DNA of 64,000 bases from positions 13,828,001-13,892,000 of the forward strand of contig NC_058368.1 in NCBI RefSeq assembly GCF_018350175.1. The letters run 5' to 3'. The translations under genes were made by a program, and so were the position numbers. This DNA is from Felis catus. Its lineage: Eukaryota. Below are positions 1-14,310 of the stretch, one piece after another (the first letter of the stretch is position 1; each line of letters opens with the position of its first letter). The notes below the pieces were generated by a model, which ran no database searches, was not told where the DNA came from, and worked only from the letters and a program-made list of their open reading frames with translations.

Positions 1-1301
1 ACATGGGCCAATAAATTCGTTTGTTTCTAAAATTAAATGAGTTGCTTTCTGTCATAACTAAAAGCATCCTCATTAATACAGATATTCTGAATAAATTTCT
101 GTTCCATGCACACATCATCCGTGACCAAGATAGTTTAGTGGGTTTGGGGATGGGGAGGACAAAATTGACTTGTCCCTGTCCTATCTTCCCCGGCTGTTCC
201 CCAGGTTGTAATAACTCATTTGTGTAATACTTTATGTGACAGTTCCTCACATGGTTTCCTCTGGCCCTCCTGCTATTTCTGTGAAGCGGGTATTATTATC
301 CCCATTTTGTAGTGGTGTTCCAAGGCTGATCAGCTACAAAGTGACTGGTTTGGTACCTGGAATGTCATTCTGGCACCACTCCACATTCCTCTGCTCTGAT
401 TCCTGCTCCCTCTGAATCCTGTCCCCCATGCCAGTGCCACCGTCATCAGCCTCCAGCTCCAGCCCCAGTCCCTCGAGTTACCAAATGGAAAATGCTCACA
501 GGAAAATTAAGAATTTAATTATCTTTCTTGAAGAATCAGAATCACAGCATAAATTTTATTGCTCAGCTAGAGTTTAATTTTAACATGCAAATTTTTGATA
601 AGTTAATACCATAATCAGATTTTTCAAGAACCTTAAATCATGCCAAATTTTTCTTTTTTTGATGCAGTGGATAAATGCATATTTTTTGAAATTTGGCAAA
701 AATATCTGGAAATAGTTACAGCAACAACACACATAGGTATCCATCAAATGATAGGAATACCATTTCTATCCAGATTCTTTCTTCTCTTAAATATACCAGA
801 GTCCTCAGCAAAAAATAAAACACAGAAAACTGCAGCTATGTACTTTTTAAATCAAAAATATCCTGTACTTCTATGAGATTGGTCCTTAAAGCTATAGGAT
901 ACAGGGGACAGAAATAATTTTGTGCTCCATACCCTAAAATATACCAAAGAAATAATAAATTTGGATTGGAACATTTAAAATACTATTTATTTTAATATTT
1001 CACTGATGATTAAATTTATGTTAACATTCACCACACTTTATTTTCTTTATTTTCTTGACAACCTAATAAAACTAACCTATCTCTTTTAAACTCCATTATA
1101 TTTTTGGTCACTCAGAATTCCATTTGGGATACAGTCTTGTTTTTTTGTGTCCATCTTTGAGGAATGATACCAACAGTTTTGTACCTGCCAGCCCTCCACT
1201 AAGTCACCTGCTAAAATAAGCCAGAGGCCATCACCACTCAATACATTTTTACTTCAATGAGCTATTAACTAAAGCTTTATTTTAAAGTAGAAGTATTGCC
1301 A

Positions 1302-1512
1302 GGGAGCCTGGGTGGCTCAGTAGGTTGAACGTCCGACTTTGGCTCAGGTCATGATCTCACAGCTCATGAGTTCGACCCCCACGTCAGGCTCTGTGCTGAC
1401 AGCTCGGAGCCTGGAGCCTGCTTCGGATTCTGTGCCTTCCTCTCTCTCTGCCACAACCCACTCACGTTCTGTCTCTGTCTCTCTCAAAAATAAATAAACA
1501 TTAAAAAAAATT
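1302..1512 (+). mobile_element. Can-SINE (SINEC_Fc-type)
   Basis: GGGAGCCTGGGTGGCTCAG head, CT-rich body, AATAAA/A tail, degenerate TSD AAGTATT(G/A)CCA. Confidence 0.93.
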
Positions 1513-4471
1513 AAAGCATAAGTATTACCATTTGTTGCCTGGAAGGTGGACTGGTATCATTTATCAAGTCTTAACATTTGTGTTCATGAACCAGAATTTC
1601 TTCATTAAAATATTAGTATAGGAAGCGAAAAAAACAATTCTAGAATTTTTTTTCCAAGGCCATTCAGAAACCCTATTTTTTTGGTTCTTATAAGATAAAT
1701 CTATTTAAGGATTTTTCTGAACTTCTATCTCACACAAAGATTAAGCGTGAAATAATATACCGAGACAGTAGACTCAATTCTGTGTGCAAAGTAACTGTCT
1801 ATGCAATATGATATTGAAGATTCCCCATCTCTCAAAATTGAAATCACTTAATCTTGCTGAGAGCAGGCACTTTTGTACCTCCTTGCGTTATCACTGTCAA
1901 CTGATAACAACTGCTAATCTGGTCACGGATTAACAAATCAGATATCCTATTAGCATGGAACACTAAAGGAATGGAACAGAGAATCAATGAGTTTCGATAG
2001 AAAAGTAGAAGAGACAGGAAGAAAGTTCAGGAGCTTTGGGGTAGCCAGGGAGCCTCAGGAAAGTTCTGTGACACTAGACCTCTGTGAGGAGGAATGGGCT
2101 CCAAGGAGTGAGTATTAGAAGGACCTAAAGAGAAACCCACAAGAAATTTCACTGGCTTCACATTTTAGACCATATAATTCTATTTAGTGGCATTTTCAAA
2201 ATGTATATCAGGCTCAAGAAGACATTGAAAACAGACCCTGGAACTAAGGGGGGTGGGGGGTGAGATTATTCCCTTCATTAAGCTCATGGAGATAGCTGGC
2301 TGACTACGGCAATGCAATGTAATTTATTCTTTTCTCCATTCTCTCATATGCACACTCTGCTGCACCTTACTGAACAAGCTGAAAATTCAAGAAATAAATA
2401 CATTCATTAATGATTTAGTATAACCCAAAAGGAGAGGAAAGCTGCCAGAGTCACTCCGCAGATCTCCCGCTTTGCCAGAAATGATTACTGTGGTGCAGGA
2501 CTGACAGCATGAACCCGCCTGTGGGGGGCCAGGGCTCCCGGGGCTGTGGCTGCTGTTGGCAGCTGCTGCTGTTGGAGTCATGCTGGAGGAGCTGCCTCTC
2601 TGGCCTTAGAATTGGCACACCCCTGGTGACTGAGAAAAGAGACACTTCAATGTATTCATGTTAAGGGTTCTTCCTTCTTCCCCTTCATTATGCGGCAAGA
2701 GACGTTCTAGTAAAATTCAAGACATCAGCTTAGAATATGTTAATGCTCATAAATTAAATTGCTCACAGAAGGTGATCAATTTTTAATGTTTACACTCAAG
2801 ATGTTCTTTTTAATTAACACTTAGCTACATTTGTACTCTCGGTTCACCTCAGAAAATGTCTGAACTTGCAGAGAACTACAAAAAGTTGTAAGACATCAAA
2901 CTGCAGTAATTTTCAAAGTTGCACCCTTCAACTAAAGAAAAAGGGCTGAGGTTCAGAGGATTGACAGCATAAAGAGACCTAACTTACTCTTCGGAAGTAG
3001 TCGGAAGCTGCTCGGTGTGCATAGGTATTTTTGGAAAGTCACCTATATTCCTCATATTGAGGTGGAAATTGCCCATCCGTAAAAGCCAATGATACGTTCT
3101 GAGGCACATATGTGAAAACAAAAAGTGACTTCCAAATTTAATGAGCAAAAGCTCATTAATTAAGAATCCACTGATTTATACTTCATGTTAATTGATCACT
3201 TGTTAGCCATATACGACTATAAAAAGCAGATTGTTTGCTAGCTGCGTAACCTTTAGAAATTCATCTACTCATCAGTAAAAATGCAAACAATACCTACAAG
3301 ATGGTTTCTTATGAAATAACCCATGTGAAGTGCTTACCAGTGCCTTGTGTAGATTAGATACTAAATAAATATTCGTTTCTTTCCTGTGTATAATACCATA
3401 CTTATTTGCATTGTGCTTCTTAGTACTTTCTCTTTAAAAGTGGGAATTAGAGTGTGTCAGAAAATACATATCTATCTCACTGTGGGGAATATTGCTTCTG
3501 GTAGTCTGGGGTCCTGCTCCAAGATAGGGACAATTCAGGGAAGCAGACCCAGGGCTTTGAAGTATTCAGCAAAGGGAAAAAGTATTATGTGTCATTTAAA
3601 GAAAACCTAGTCTCAGTAAAAACAGAAATTCGTGGGCCGTGAGGGTCAGAATGGCTTTTATGGTGGTGGCAATGCCAATTCTATAGGAAAGGAGAGCAGA
3701 AGAGTATAAAGAGAATAAAAGAATAATTTTTAAAAAATACAGTGGAGTCTTCTCATCCTTACATTCTCTCTGAATTGCAGTTTTTTAAGGACCTGTAAGA
3801 GTATCTCTCCTGGAGAGATTTCCATGTTTGTCCTAGTTTTCTGGGAGAGGAAATTTCAGGCTTTGAGAAGATAGTAACAAAGAAGAATTGGCACCAAAAA
3901 GGGTGGGTGGGGCCAAGACATATTTTGCAGACTGATGAAAGTGTGATTTTTGGCAAAATGGATGGAAATTGTCATCTTTGCATATGCTCAAACGAGCTGT
4001 TGGGTTGGTAAGATACTAAATTATAAATGTATAATTTTTACTACTGGTGCACTAACCTGTCTAGGAAGTTCTCGAGATATATATTTTGGATAAACATCCT
4101 AACGTGTGAGTTCCTTCATCTATAAATAGCTACTGCCTATATATTCCAAATATTCACACAAGTCTTACTTTCAGATATCTGTGGAAACTCTTGGTATGTG
4201 ACTTACTCACATTATTATTTAAACCCATAAAAAATCAGTGATGCACTAGACAGGACAATAAGACTATACACCCTCATCACACTTAAAACCAGAGCTGTGA
4301 CAGAGCTTCCTGAGTCACTATTTCTGGAATAGCCACTATAATGTGCCATGAGTTGAACTAGCAAAAGTCATCTTAGCTAGCCAGAATTACTCTTCTTGTA
4401 TTTTACCCAATTTCCCCCAAACTTTCTAAGTATTCCAATGTTAAAAAAAAAAAAAACATTCTTAGAACAAA

Positions 4472-4660
4472 GGGCACCTGGGTGGCTCAGTCGATTAAGC
4501 ATCTGACTCTTGATTTTGGCTCAGGTCATGATCTCACGGTTTGTAAAGTCAAGCCCTGTGCCGGACTCTGTGCTGACAGTGAGAAACCTGCTTGGGATTC
4601 TCTCTCTCCCTCTCCCTCTGCCCCTCCCCCACTTTCTCTCTCTCAAAATAAATAAATCAA
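4472..4660 (+). mobile_element. Can-SINE (older subfamily)
   Basis: GGGCACCTGGGTGGCTCAG head with GACTCTTGATTTTGGCTCAGG variant, A-rich tail. Confidence 0.92.
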
Positions 4661-5377
4661 CTGAACTAAAATCTTTATAAAAAAATTCTTACAGCAGAAC
4701 AGAATATAGCTATCTGAAGTTCTATTTTCTGAAGTAGATGGTTTGAGAGTGGTAAGAAAGTAAGGCACACACACACACACACACAAAAGACTTCAGTGAC
4801 TTTTTTGTAAGCCTGCCAATGTATTTTAAATCTGGATATTTGTGGCAGGATGATACCTTACAAACCAGGATCTTAGGCCAGTAAAAATTCTTTTGGCTTA
4901 GAACTTTTAGAGGTTCACCCAGTCTGAATTAACACCCAACATTCCTTGAAATTTTTATTTTTTATTTTGTTAAGCTATTTCAGATTTACTTTCTACCACG
5001 TTTGAGTCACTAAAAACCAAACTGGATAGCTACACTATCTAACCGCTAGAAGAACAGGAGCTGAAGTGTAAAATAAGAACCTTGATCAATGCTTTGTAAC
5101 ATTGCTGCACAATAGATTCAGCTAAGTAGCTTTCAAAAACATACAATACCCATGTCCCACACAGGTTATGTCCTGGTATTAGTAATTTTAACAACTCTAC
5201 CCAGCTGAGTTTAATGTTCAGACAGAATTAAAAAACACTGCTTCTGCTACAGTCTTTTTTTTTTTTTTTTTTTTTTTTTTAGGATAGAAAAGAGCCCTTC
5301 AAAGCGCTTTGTCCACCACTGTTCCCTGTATATGAATGTGGTCAATAACTGTTAGATTCTCAACTGTTTCAACTCAC

Positions 5378-5636
5378 CAGGGGTTGGAAAACTTTTTATG
5401 TAATAGGTCAGATAGTAAATGTCTCAGGTTTTGCAGGCTGTAAGGTCTCTACCACGACTACTTAACTCTGCTGGTCTCCACCTCCACGACTGGATCCTGG
5501 CACTCTAGTGCATAACCAGCCATAGACCAGAGGAGACATATGGACCTGGCTGCATCCCAGTAAAACTTTATTTACAGAAACACGTGGCAGGATGGATTTG
5601 GCTCGCTGGCTACTGGCCATAGTTTGCCAAACCCTG
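5378..5636. mobile_element. MER58-like hAT-Charlie DNA transposon relic
   Basis: Terminal inverted repeats CAGGGGTTGGAAAACT ... AGTTTGCCAAACCCTG; internal GATAGTAAAT and AAAACTTTATTTACA motifs. Confidence 0.8.
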
Positions 5637-6559
5637 CAGTATATCACTTCACGATTCAACTCTTGCAGCCTTTTGCAATTTTACTGTTGTAGCTTTATTT
5701 TATAGATTTAAATTATTTGTGATTATAAAAATATTGCCATGGACTAGATAACTAAGCAACTATTATACAGGATTATTAAAGAAATTGCATAAATAAGAAT
5801 GACCAAAATAATAACCTCTGCACTTTTTATCAGATTACCATCTCTATGATGTCAGTTATTAGTGAATTTCATTACATTCTATCTAGGCTGGCTAATATAA
5901 CTTTGTAAACGATGCCTACTAGGTACAAAGTGATTCAATAGGAATTCCCTAGTGCTACTACTAGAAGAAAAGAACTGTGTAATTGTTTCTACAGAAAGTA
6001 GCATCATGGTTAATGGTAGGAAATACTTGGTACATACAGGGTCCTTTTCCTTTCCAGGAAGGACATTGCCTATCAGTTATAGTAAGCCTAGATGTGGGCT
6101 GGCAATGTTTCCTGATACTGTTAGCAGACAAAATGAAATCTATGTGACATTCTTAGCCCAATAGGAGATGTTTTTTCCAGCGTAGACAATAAGCAGGAAA
6201 TTATTCTCCCCTCCAAGGGTATGAACACCTTTCCCATCACAACAGTGAAGGCTGTGCTGATCTTGCAAAGGGGACAGAGGACCACGTGGTCATGTTAGAG
6301 ATGCAGAGAACTGCAGCAAGCCACATCTGAACCAAAGCATATAGCTGGCATTTCACACAGTCATGGGATGAGAGCAAAGAGTCCCATAGAAATCAATTGA
6401 TAAACATTCTGTAATTAAAGACTATAATTTGGGCTCAAGCAAAAGGAAATAGTAAAAAACTTTCTATCATTTATATAAAATAAAGCCTGAAGCAGAGATT
6501 TTTGGGCAACTGGTAGGGGACTAGAGAAATGTGGAGCACACAAAAAGTGATCCACATTG

Positions 6560-6862
6560 GATCACAACTTTTTCCTCAGCCACACTCTCATGGCGCTAGG
6601 ACCCTGGGCAACCTTGGTTCTCCTCCATGTGGCCTCTCATCCTCCAGTATACTGGACCAGTTTCCTTGCACGGTGATCTTTGGAAATATTCTAAGACAGC
6701 AAAACCCAAAGCTGCAAGGCTTTTGAGGCCTAAGATCCAGACTTTGCAAACCACTTTACGCACATTCTACTGATCAAACCAAGATTCAAGGATTAGGAAA
6801 AGAGACTCTACTTCTTGAGCAGCAGCTCTACAAAACATTGAGGACATCTTTTCCATCTGCCA
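6560..6862 (-). mobile_element. Old MaLR LTR fragment (MLT1-like)
   Basis: CTCCATGTGGCCTCTCATCCTCCAG and AAGATTCAAGG...AGACTCTACTTCTTGA motifs. Confidence 0.55.
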
Positions 6863-7223
6863 CTCCCGGTGGAGTTGTAGCTTTATTTAATACATTCGTC
6901 TGTTCCTTCATCAAACCCTGAGTTAAGCTCTTCGAATTATTATGGATAGCAGACCCAGATGGCCTCTCTGACACCATTGAAAGATTCTGACTCCCACAGT
7001 GGCCAAAATGGTTAAGAAGTTGGCTTACTAAAATTCTGTCACAGAAGCTGACTTCTGTCTAAGAGTGCATCTCATACAATTACCCCCACTTCATACTTGA
7101 TTTTGTAGAACCCTAATATTAAAAGAAAAGAAAGGATTTTAGATCTCATTTAATTCCAGAGTAAGCAAGATTTCAATTCAGAAAAAAAAATGTAACTTTT
7201 ATTCTATTAAAATAAGAGATAGA

Positions 7224-7423
7224 GGGGCGCCTGGGTGGCTCAGTCGGTTAAGCGGCCGACTTCGGCTCAGGTCATGATCTCGCGGTCCGTGAGTTCGAGC
7301 CCTGCGTCAGGCTCTGTGTTGACAGCTCAGAGCCTGAAGCCTGCTTTGGACTGTGTGTCTCCCTCTCTCTGGCCCTCCCCCGTTCATGCTCTGTCTCTCT
7401 CTGTCTCAAAAATAAATAAACGT

Positions 7424-7474
<51 letters not shown>
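7224..7474 (+). mobile_element. Young Can-SINE with (TAAA)n tail
   Basis: CpG-intact head; exact 14-bp TSD AAAATAAGAGATAG at 7209-7222 and 7475-7488. Confidence 0.96.
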
Positions 7475-7476
<2 letters not shown>

Positions 7477-7833
7477 AATAAGAGATAGGCCCATGGGGGA
7501 AAATTATATTTTTCTACAACTATGCTATTTGTTTTTTGGGGCTTTTGGGGGGAACAATACATTGCAGTATTTTTTGCTCACTGAAGGTTTACTATCTGGT
7601 TATAATTAAGAAGAAGCAAAGTGAGGCAGGCCACATGACCAATTTTTCTGAGTTTCTATATGAGAAAATAGAAACAGGGAAGCTAAGGGTTTCACACAAG
7701 GTCACAGAGTCAGCTAATGGCTGAACTGATGCCATAAGACAAAGCTTGCCACTTTCAAAACATTTTCCCAGTTACTTGGATTCAGGAAAAGTATACTAGT
7801 GTTAATCTTTAAGCCTTGCTGCCCTGGCAAGAT

Positions 7834-8074
7834 CAGGGATCAGCACTTTTTTTTTTTTTCTGTAAAGGCCAGGTAATAATTATTTTAGGCTTTTCAGGCC
7901 ATAAAGCCTTCTGTCACAACTAGCCAATTCTGTTGTTATGACACAAAAGTAGGTACAATTAATACATTAAAAGATGAACATTCTTGTTACCTAATAAAAC
8001 TTTATAAAAAAAAAACAAAACAAAACAGGCAGCAGGCCAGGTTTGGCCAATGGGCCATAGTTTGTCAACCCCTG
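7834..8074. mobile_element. MER58-like hAT-Charlie relic
   Basis: CAGGGATCAGCA ... GGCCATAGTTTGTCAACCCCTG termini. Confidence 0.78.
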
Positions 8075-8099
8075 TGCCTGATTTAAAGTTTAAACTACT

Positions 8100-8231
8100 G
8101 GGATGCCTGAGTAGCTAAGTCAGTTAAGCCTCCCACTCTTGATTTCAGCTCAGGTCATGTTCTCACAGTTTGTGAGTCCAAGCCCCACGTCTTGCTCTGC
8201 ACCAACAGCACACAGCCTGCTTGGAAATCTC

Positions 8232-8279
<48 letters not shown>

Positions 8280-8335
8280 CCTTCCCTGCTTATGCTCTCT
8301 CTCTCTCCAAAATAAATAAATAAACTTAAAAAAAA
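8100..8335 (+). mobile_element. Can-SINE (diverged) with (CT)n
   Basis: SINE head and tail; degenerate TSD AAGTTTA(A/G)ACTA. Confidence 0.9.
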
Positions 8336-8454
8336 TGAAGTTTAGACTATTAAGACTCACTCCCATTCTTCACCCCTTCCTACATTCATACTCTTGTCAT
8401 GTCTTCATTGTAGGAGGGTTTATAAGCCCTTTCTTTACTTTGAGCTTGAATGTA

Positions 8455-8872
8455 TATTGTGGGTTAAACTGTGGCCTCTCTCCTGCCCCAACAAAAAAAT
8501 TCATGTGTTGAAGTTCTAACTCCCAATATATCAGAATGTGACTTTATTTGGAGATAGGGTCTTTAAAGAGGTAATCAAGTTAAAATGATTGGGTGAGCCC
8601 TAATCTAATATGATTAGTATCCTTATAAAAAGGGGAAATTTGAAGACAGATGTGAACAAGGAGAACACTTTGTGAGTATAAAGATGGTTTTCTGCAAGCC
8701 AAGGACAGAGGCCTGGAACAAACTTTTCCCTCACGGCCTTCAGAAGGAATCAACCCAAGCCAACACCTTGATTTGGCACTTTTGGCCTCCAGAACTGCGA
8801 GAAAATAAATTGCCATTGTTTTAAGATGCCTAGTCTCTGATACTTTGTTACAGAAGCCCTAGCAAACTAATA
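8455..8872 (+). mobile_element. MLT1-type MaLR solo LTR, apparently nested in an older MLT1 LTR (about 8410-9150)
   Basis: CAGAATGTGACTTTATTTGGAGATAGGGTCTTT and GCCTCCAGAACTGCGAGAAAATAAAT...CCCTAGCAAACTAATA motifs. Confidence 0.85.
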
Positions 8873-9456
8873 TGCCGTGTTACTTGCTCTGACCAGTGAC
8901 GCATGGCTGCAAGTAGGTGTGAGCCAGTCCCCAGTTTAGACTTTAAAAAACTTCACACCTTTCCACTTGCCTTCTCATGGCTCTTCCACTGATATGTGAA
9001 AAATATGCTCCGAAGCTGTCCTGCTGGTATAAGGAGCATGAAAGACACTTGAAGCAGAGCCACTCCAGCCAAGCCCAACCTCCAGCTGACCTGCAGATAC
9101 AGGCAACGATAAGTTATCTTTGTTAAGCCACTGAGTCATAGTTAATTGATTCAAAGTTTAAATTAAACATTAGATAAATTCTCCCAAATAAGACTGTTAA
9201 TATCCAATACAAGACTATGACTTTTCTTTCCTACCTGTGTTTTGCTGATTCCGTGGAAAATTTAAGTCAACAACTCAAAACATTGCTCACCCCCTTCACC
9301 CCCACACCCATTCCTTTTCTCCTCCGGGGAAAATAGAAATGAAAGAGCACTTGAATGGGTTAAGAATCTACTTGTCTGATTTCTTTGAACTCAAGGGAGC
9401 AAAATTGCCCTGTAGACCCAGTCTTAATATTGGCAGCTACAAAGTTTACACCTCCT

Positions 9457-9676
9457 GGGGCGCCTGGGTGGCTCAGTTGATTAAGCATCTGACTTTGGCT
9501 CCGGTCATGATCTCTTGGTCCTTGAGTTTGAGCCCCACATTGGGCTCTGTGCTGACAGCTCAGAGCCTGGAGCCTGCTTTGGATTCTGTGTCTCCTTCTC
9601 TCTCTGCCCCTCCCGTGCTCATGCTCTGTCTCTGTCTCTCTTAAAAAATATATATATTAAAATTTTTTTGCTTTTC
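9457..9676 (+). mobile_element. Can-SINE
   Basis: GGGGCGCCTGGGTGGCTCAG head; TSD-like AGTTTACAC on both flanks. Confidence 0.93.
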
Positions 9677-10019
9677 AGTTTACACTTCTTCACCAATCTC
9701 ACTTTATCAACCAGGTTGTTTCTTTTTCTTTTTTTTGCCAGCTTTATGGATATATGATTGAAAAATAAAAATTGTATACAGTTAAGGGGTACAGCATGCT
9801 GATTTTGATAAGGGCTGTTTAAGAAATGTGTCTATAAAGAGGTATTTTGTTATTGTTAACTGAGTAATGCAATCCATTTAAAGCACACGGAATTAGTAAA
9901 TATTCTTTGAACAGATAGACAGTTGATTCTTAACCTTTCTAGTACTTTCAGTCTTCAGAATGTGGCCTAACCCTTTTGGTCTTAGTTTTTGCTGAATAGA
10001 ATGAAATTAGACTAATCGG

Positions 10020-10312
10020 TGTGTTAGTTTTCTAGGGTAGCATGGTACCACAACTTGGGTGCCCTAACACAACACAAACGGATTGTCTCACAGTTCAGAA
10101 GTTTGGAAGTGCAAAATCAAGGTGTCAGCAGAGCCGTGCTCCTTCTGAAACTCTTAGAGATTCACTCTTGGGGTCTTTTGGCTTGCAGCTGCTTCAATCT
10201 CTGCCTCTGTCTTCACGGAGCTGCCTTCTCCCATGGATCTCTCTCCCGTTCTTGGAAGGACACCAGTCATGTAGGATGAAGGGTCCACTACTGCAGCAGA
10301 ACCTCATCTGAC
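10020..10312 (-). mobile_element. MLT1-type LTR fragment
   Basis: TGTGTTAGTTTTCTAGGG...TCTCACAGTTC...AAATCAAGGTGTCAGCAG. Confidence 0.8.
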
Positions 10313-10360
10313 CTTTTATACAGAAGAATCAACCAGAAAATAGTTTAAAACAGAACTGCT

Positions 10361-10579
10361 GGGGCACCTGGGTGGCTCAGTCGGTTGAGCGTCCGACTTC
10401 GGCTCAGGTCATGATCTTACAGCTCTCAAGTTCGAGCCCCGCGTCAGGCTCTGTGCTGACGGCTCAGAGCCTGGAGCCTGCTTCGGATTCTGTGTCTCCC
10501 TCTCTCTCTGCCCCTAACCCACTCGCATTCTGTCTCTGTCTCTCTCAAAAATAAATAAACATTTAACAACAACAACAAC
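10361..10579 (+). mobile_element. Can-SINE
   Basis: Canonical head, (CAA)n tail, TSD AAAACAGAACTG. Confidence 0.95.
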
Positions 10580-10937
10580 AAAACAGAACTGTCTTGTTGA
10601 AGAAACAGTAGGCAGCCCCTAAACCTGTCCATTCACCACCAGTTCCCCTTTCGAAACTCACATCTCCAGTGGTGCCTCAGAAAGCCTGAATCATAGTCTG
10701 TAAAAATCACTGGCCTACGTAAACTCTGGCTTTGTACGAGTTTTCTCAGAAATATAAAATATTCTAGAAGAGTAAATTTTCCCTCAATAATTGTGTTCAG
10801 TAAACTTTTCCTATCAGAAAATCAAATTTCATGCCCCTAAAAACAGTTACTCTATAAGTGATTAATTTTTTTTCTAAGAAACCACATTATCTTAATTTTT
10901 TTTCATCTAGTTTCTACACATACCTGTTTGATTTAAC

Positions 10938-11519
10938 TGTGCAGAAAGAGTTAACCTAGCAGGTTTGGGATATTTAAACACCGTACCTCCCAAAGAAATA
11001 ACTGGTCCCTGACCAGTTCCCGAGACATGATGTCTAAGTTCTTGAAATATCCTGTCCGACAAAAGTGTCTGTATGGCTACAGCCTTGGCATTTGCTACAC
11101 AATTGATGTTAACAGTGTGATTTATGGTGGGGGTCTTGCACCCTGTTGAATCAGTATGACCTCTGGAGGGGCTGGAGACTGAACAGGGCCAGTCACATGG
11201 GGGCTCCATGTCTATGTGATCAACCCTGGACACGAAGATTTAGTGAACTCCCCTGCTTGCCAATACCCTGTGTGTACAGCCATACATGATTACAACGAGA
11301 ATTAAGCACTATTTACATGACTCTCCTGGCAAAGGTCAGCTGAAGTTTATTCCAGGACTCTCTTCGACTCCAGTCTATGAGCCGTTTGCCTTTGTTCACT
11401 TTAATCTGTATCCTTTGCCTATAGTGAACCATAACTATGAGTATACAGCTTTTCCAGGCTTTGTGAGTCCTTCTACAAATCATTGAACATGAGAGTGGTC
11501 TTGGGGACCCCTGAAGACA
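10938..11519 (+). mobile_element. Solo LTR of MER21/MER68/MER77 group
   Basis: TG...CA ends, TAAC on both flanks; begins TGTGCAGAAAGAGTTAAC, ends GTGGTCTTGGGGACCCCTGAAGACA. Confidence 0.75.
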
Positions 11520-14310
11520 TAACTCTTTAAGCAAATATATCTCATTGGGAAATGTAAGGCTGTAATTAGTAACTTCTCTGCAGAATATATATGTGTGATA
11601 ATTTGACAGCGCTGTGCTGTACATTACATTTGTTTGTGTGTAACATGTATGTGAAACGTTCCCAAGCTGCACGTAAGTGGTCATTGAAACCGGTGAGAGC
11701 TCAGGCCAGGCCCCGCATTCTTATAAAAGGATATCAACATTACTACTGGCTCATCCTCTCTTTACAGGGTGTGATCTGTCCTTAAGCAGTCACACAGACA
11801 ACTTGTCCTCCAAGCTCTTGCAAAACCAGAATGATGGCTGAAGCATTTACTAGCAATAAGACTGGAAGAAAATCCCATAACCTCTGATCCTTAGTCTCCT
11901 GTTTGTAAGCAGAAAAACAGTAAATAATCACACTGAATTATTGTCAAGCTTAACAAAGATAAGGCACATGTGACTGAATAAAAATAACAGAGGATGGCTC
12001 TTTGCCACTAACCTTGCTAAAGAGGGTCTTGTCTTTGTATCACATTTTCTTTCCCTTCCTTGTCTTCCAAGGAGGATTCTGCCTTTGCCAGGTTCATTAT
12101 TTGGAATTTGATGTGCAGAATCAGAAAAGAGGGGAAAGATAGAAAGAGAAGAGGTACATAGACTAAGGCTGGGGAGTAAGTTTTTCAGGAAGACTTTTGG
12201 AAACATAGGTCTGACAGGTGCTGCAGAAGGGAAGAAAGTGGATGGGTGATAGAGGGTTTTTTTAAAGGAGTGTTGAAGCTTCTTCATAATACTTGCAGAT
12301 CACAGGTATAAACCTGAGAAAGCTCAAACAGTTTGCTGCCCAAGTTAAATAAAAACCGTAGAAATGATACAGAAGACTGCTTGAAGAATAGATGTCCAAC
12401 CTTTCTGTCAGAACATATAAAACTTCATAATCTGGTACTTGTCTCATTCCTCAGAAATTCTTTCACTGAGTTCCACTTGAGCTGTATGTCCTTAACTCAT
12501 ATCATGGGGATAACAGACTCAAAACTGTATGGTACCTGGGGACATTTTTCAAACGTGATGTCATACTCCAGAAACTTCCCTCAGAACCTAGTACCAGAAA
12601 GATTTGTTTCTCTAAAGATCTAATCTGTTTCTCCCTTCTGACACTGATAAGCACATCATTATGGCTATCCTTACTATCAGAGTCAAATTTCTAGTCCAAT
12701 TTTTACAATGCCCTAACCTCTAATATTTATTTGCATTTGAACTGCTTTCATCATCCTTGCATGAATGACCAAATCATGCTGTTGGGAACAGAGAAGGATA
12801 ATACCACCAGAACAGGAAGAGTTTGAGGTTGTTAGGAGAAGACATGGAAGTTAACAGACTTCCTTTATGTGTGTGTGGGAGAGGACATCAGTGGAAATAG
12901 CCTTAAGACAGGCAAAAGTAAATCAACATGCATTTAGGATCTCCAATAAGCCAACAAGAATAGGGGAGTTTGATGGAGCTTTAAGAGTCAAGCTAAATGA
13001 AAGAAGATTCTTATGAAACTTGACCCAGCTTAAAAGATCCGAGCAATAAAAACAAGCACAGTGTTATGGTTTTAGGATCTATGCAAAGAATTCAGTTCAT
13101 AATCAGGTGGCTGCAAAGTGCACAGTTTTGATTTTTAAATACCAGTGGATTGAACCTTGGAGTCCCCCTGGAAAAGACTAAGTGTGCTTAAGGATTTAGA
13201 GAGGTTTAACCAGCTGGGGGTGAAAAAGTTTGCAACTGAACAATCTAGGCAGTCATGTCAAGTACTGTGCCATGCAGAGTACCCATAATTTATTTCTGTG
13301 ATTATAATATCAACCCTAGAACTTGATTTTAAAAAAGAATCTTCTTGAACCGTTATAGACTCCAGGAGGCAACACAACGGGACTTTTCTTTGAAGGTCTT
13401 TTTGGTGGTTTCATGAACAAAGTCCAGCATGTTTGTGTCAGACACACAGAATCACACCCAAGAAGAACCTTACAAATCATCTAGCCCTACTCCCTCATTC
13501 TACAGGTTTAAAACTAAAATTCACAAAGGCCAGAATCAGGCAGTTCAGCACAGGCCAGAATCAGGCAGTTCAGCTAATGGCAGAAAGCTGAGGCCTTTCC
13601 TTTGGATTCCAGCACAAACTCCCTGTACTGTGAGAACAACATCAGTCTATATTCTGCCCAAAACGTTACCAATGCAAGCTCTACAGATAAATTTGAAGCT
13701 ATTTCTGGCTCAGAAACAAAGACTTACAGCTCTACTCTTCCTCATAGGGTACAACAGGTCACATTTGCCTTATTGTCTTATAAATTATTCCTATTTTAAC
13801 TCGTCTAGCTTTCAGATTCCAGTATAATTTGCATATTCCATAAAATTCCCAAGTGACTTTACTGAGCATATGTGTTGACAATGTAGACAAATTTCATCTT
13901 ATTACTTGTTACTACATGTCTTTCTTTATGAATCTCCTCTGTCTTTTATGACTCAAGACTTCCTTTCTAAATCTCCCTGGACCAATATGCCTCTATTTTC
14001 ACTAAGGTTTGGTTAGCTCTTTCAAATTCAAAAATACAATCTGTAAGTATAAGTCTTTTCTTCAGCAGGATAGTCATACTTTGTAGTTTCTTGGTAACTT
14101 ACAATTTCCCTTCAGTGTCCTTCATCCCAGGATATTTGGAGAAAGTCTTATTTGTCCTTATTTTCATTCTGTAAGTATCTCTGCTTCCTAGGAGCATCTT
14201 CAAGTTCAAGGAAAGAAACAAAACAGAACCAAAGTTGTATTAAAGTACAGCAGGTACATTTTCAGGATCATTATGGATCCTTGGTTTGCGTACAAATTCT
14301 GCGCACTCTA

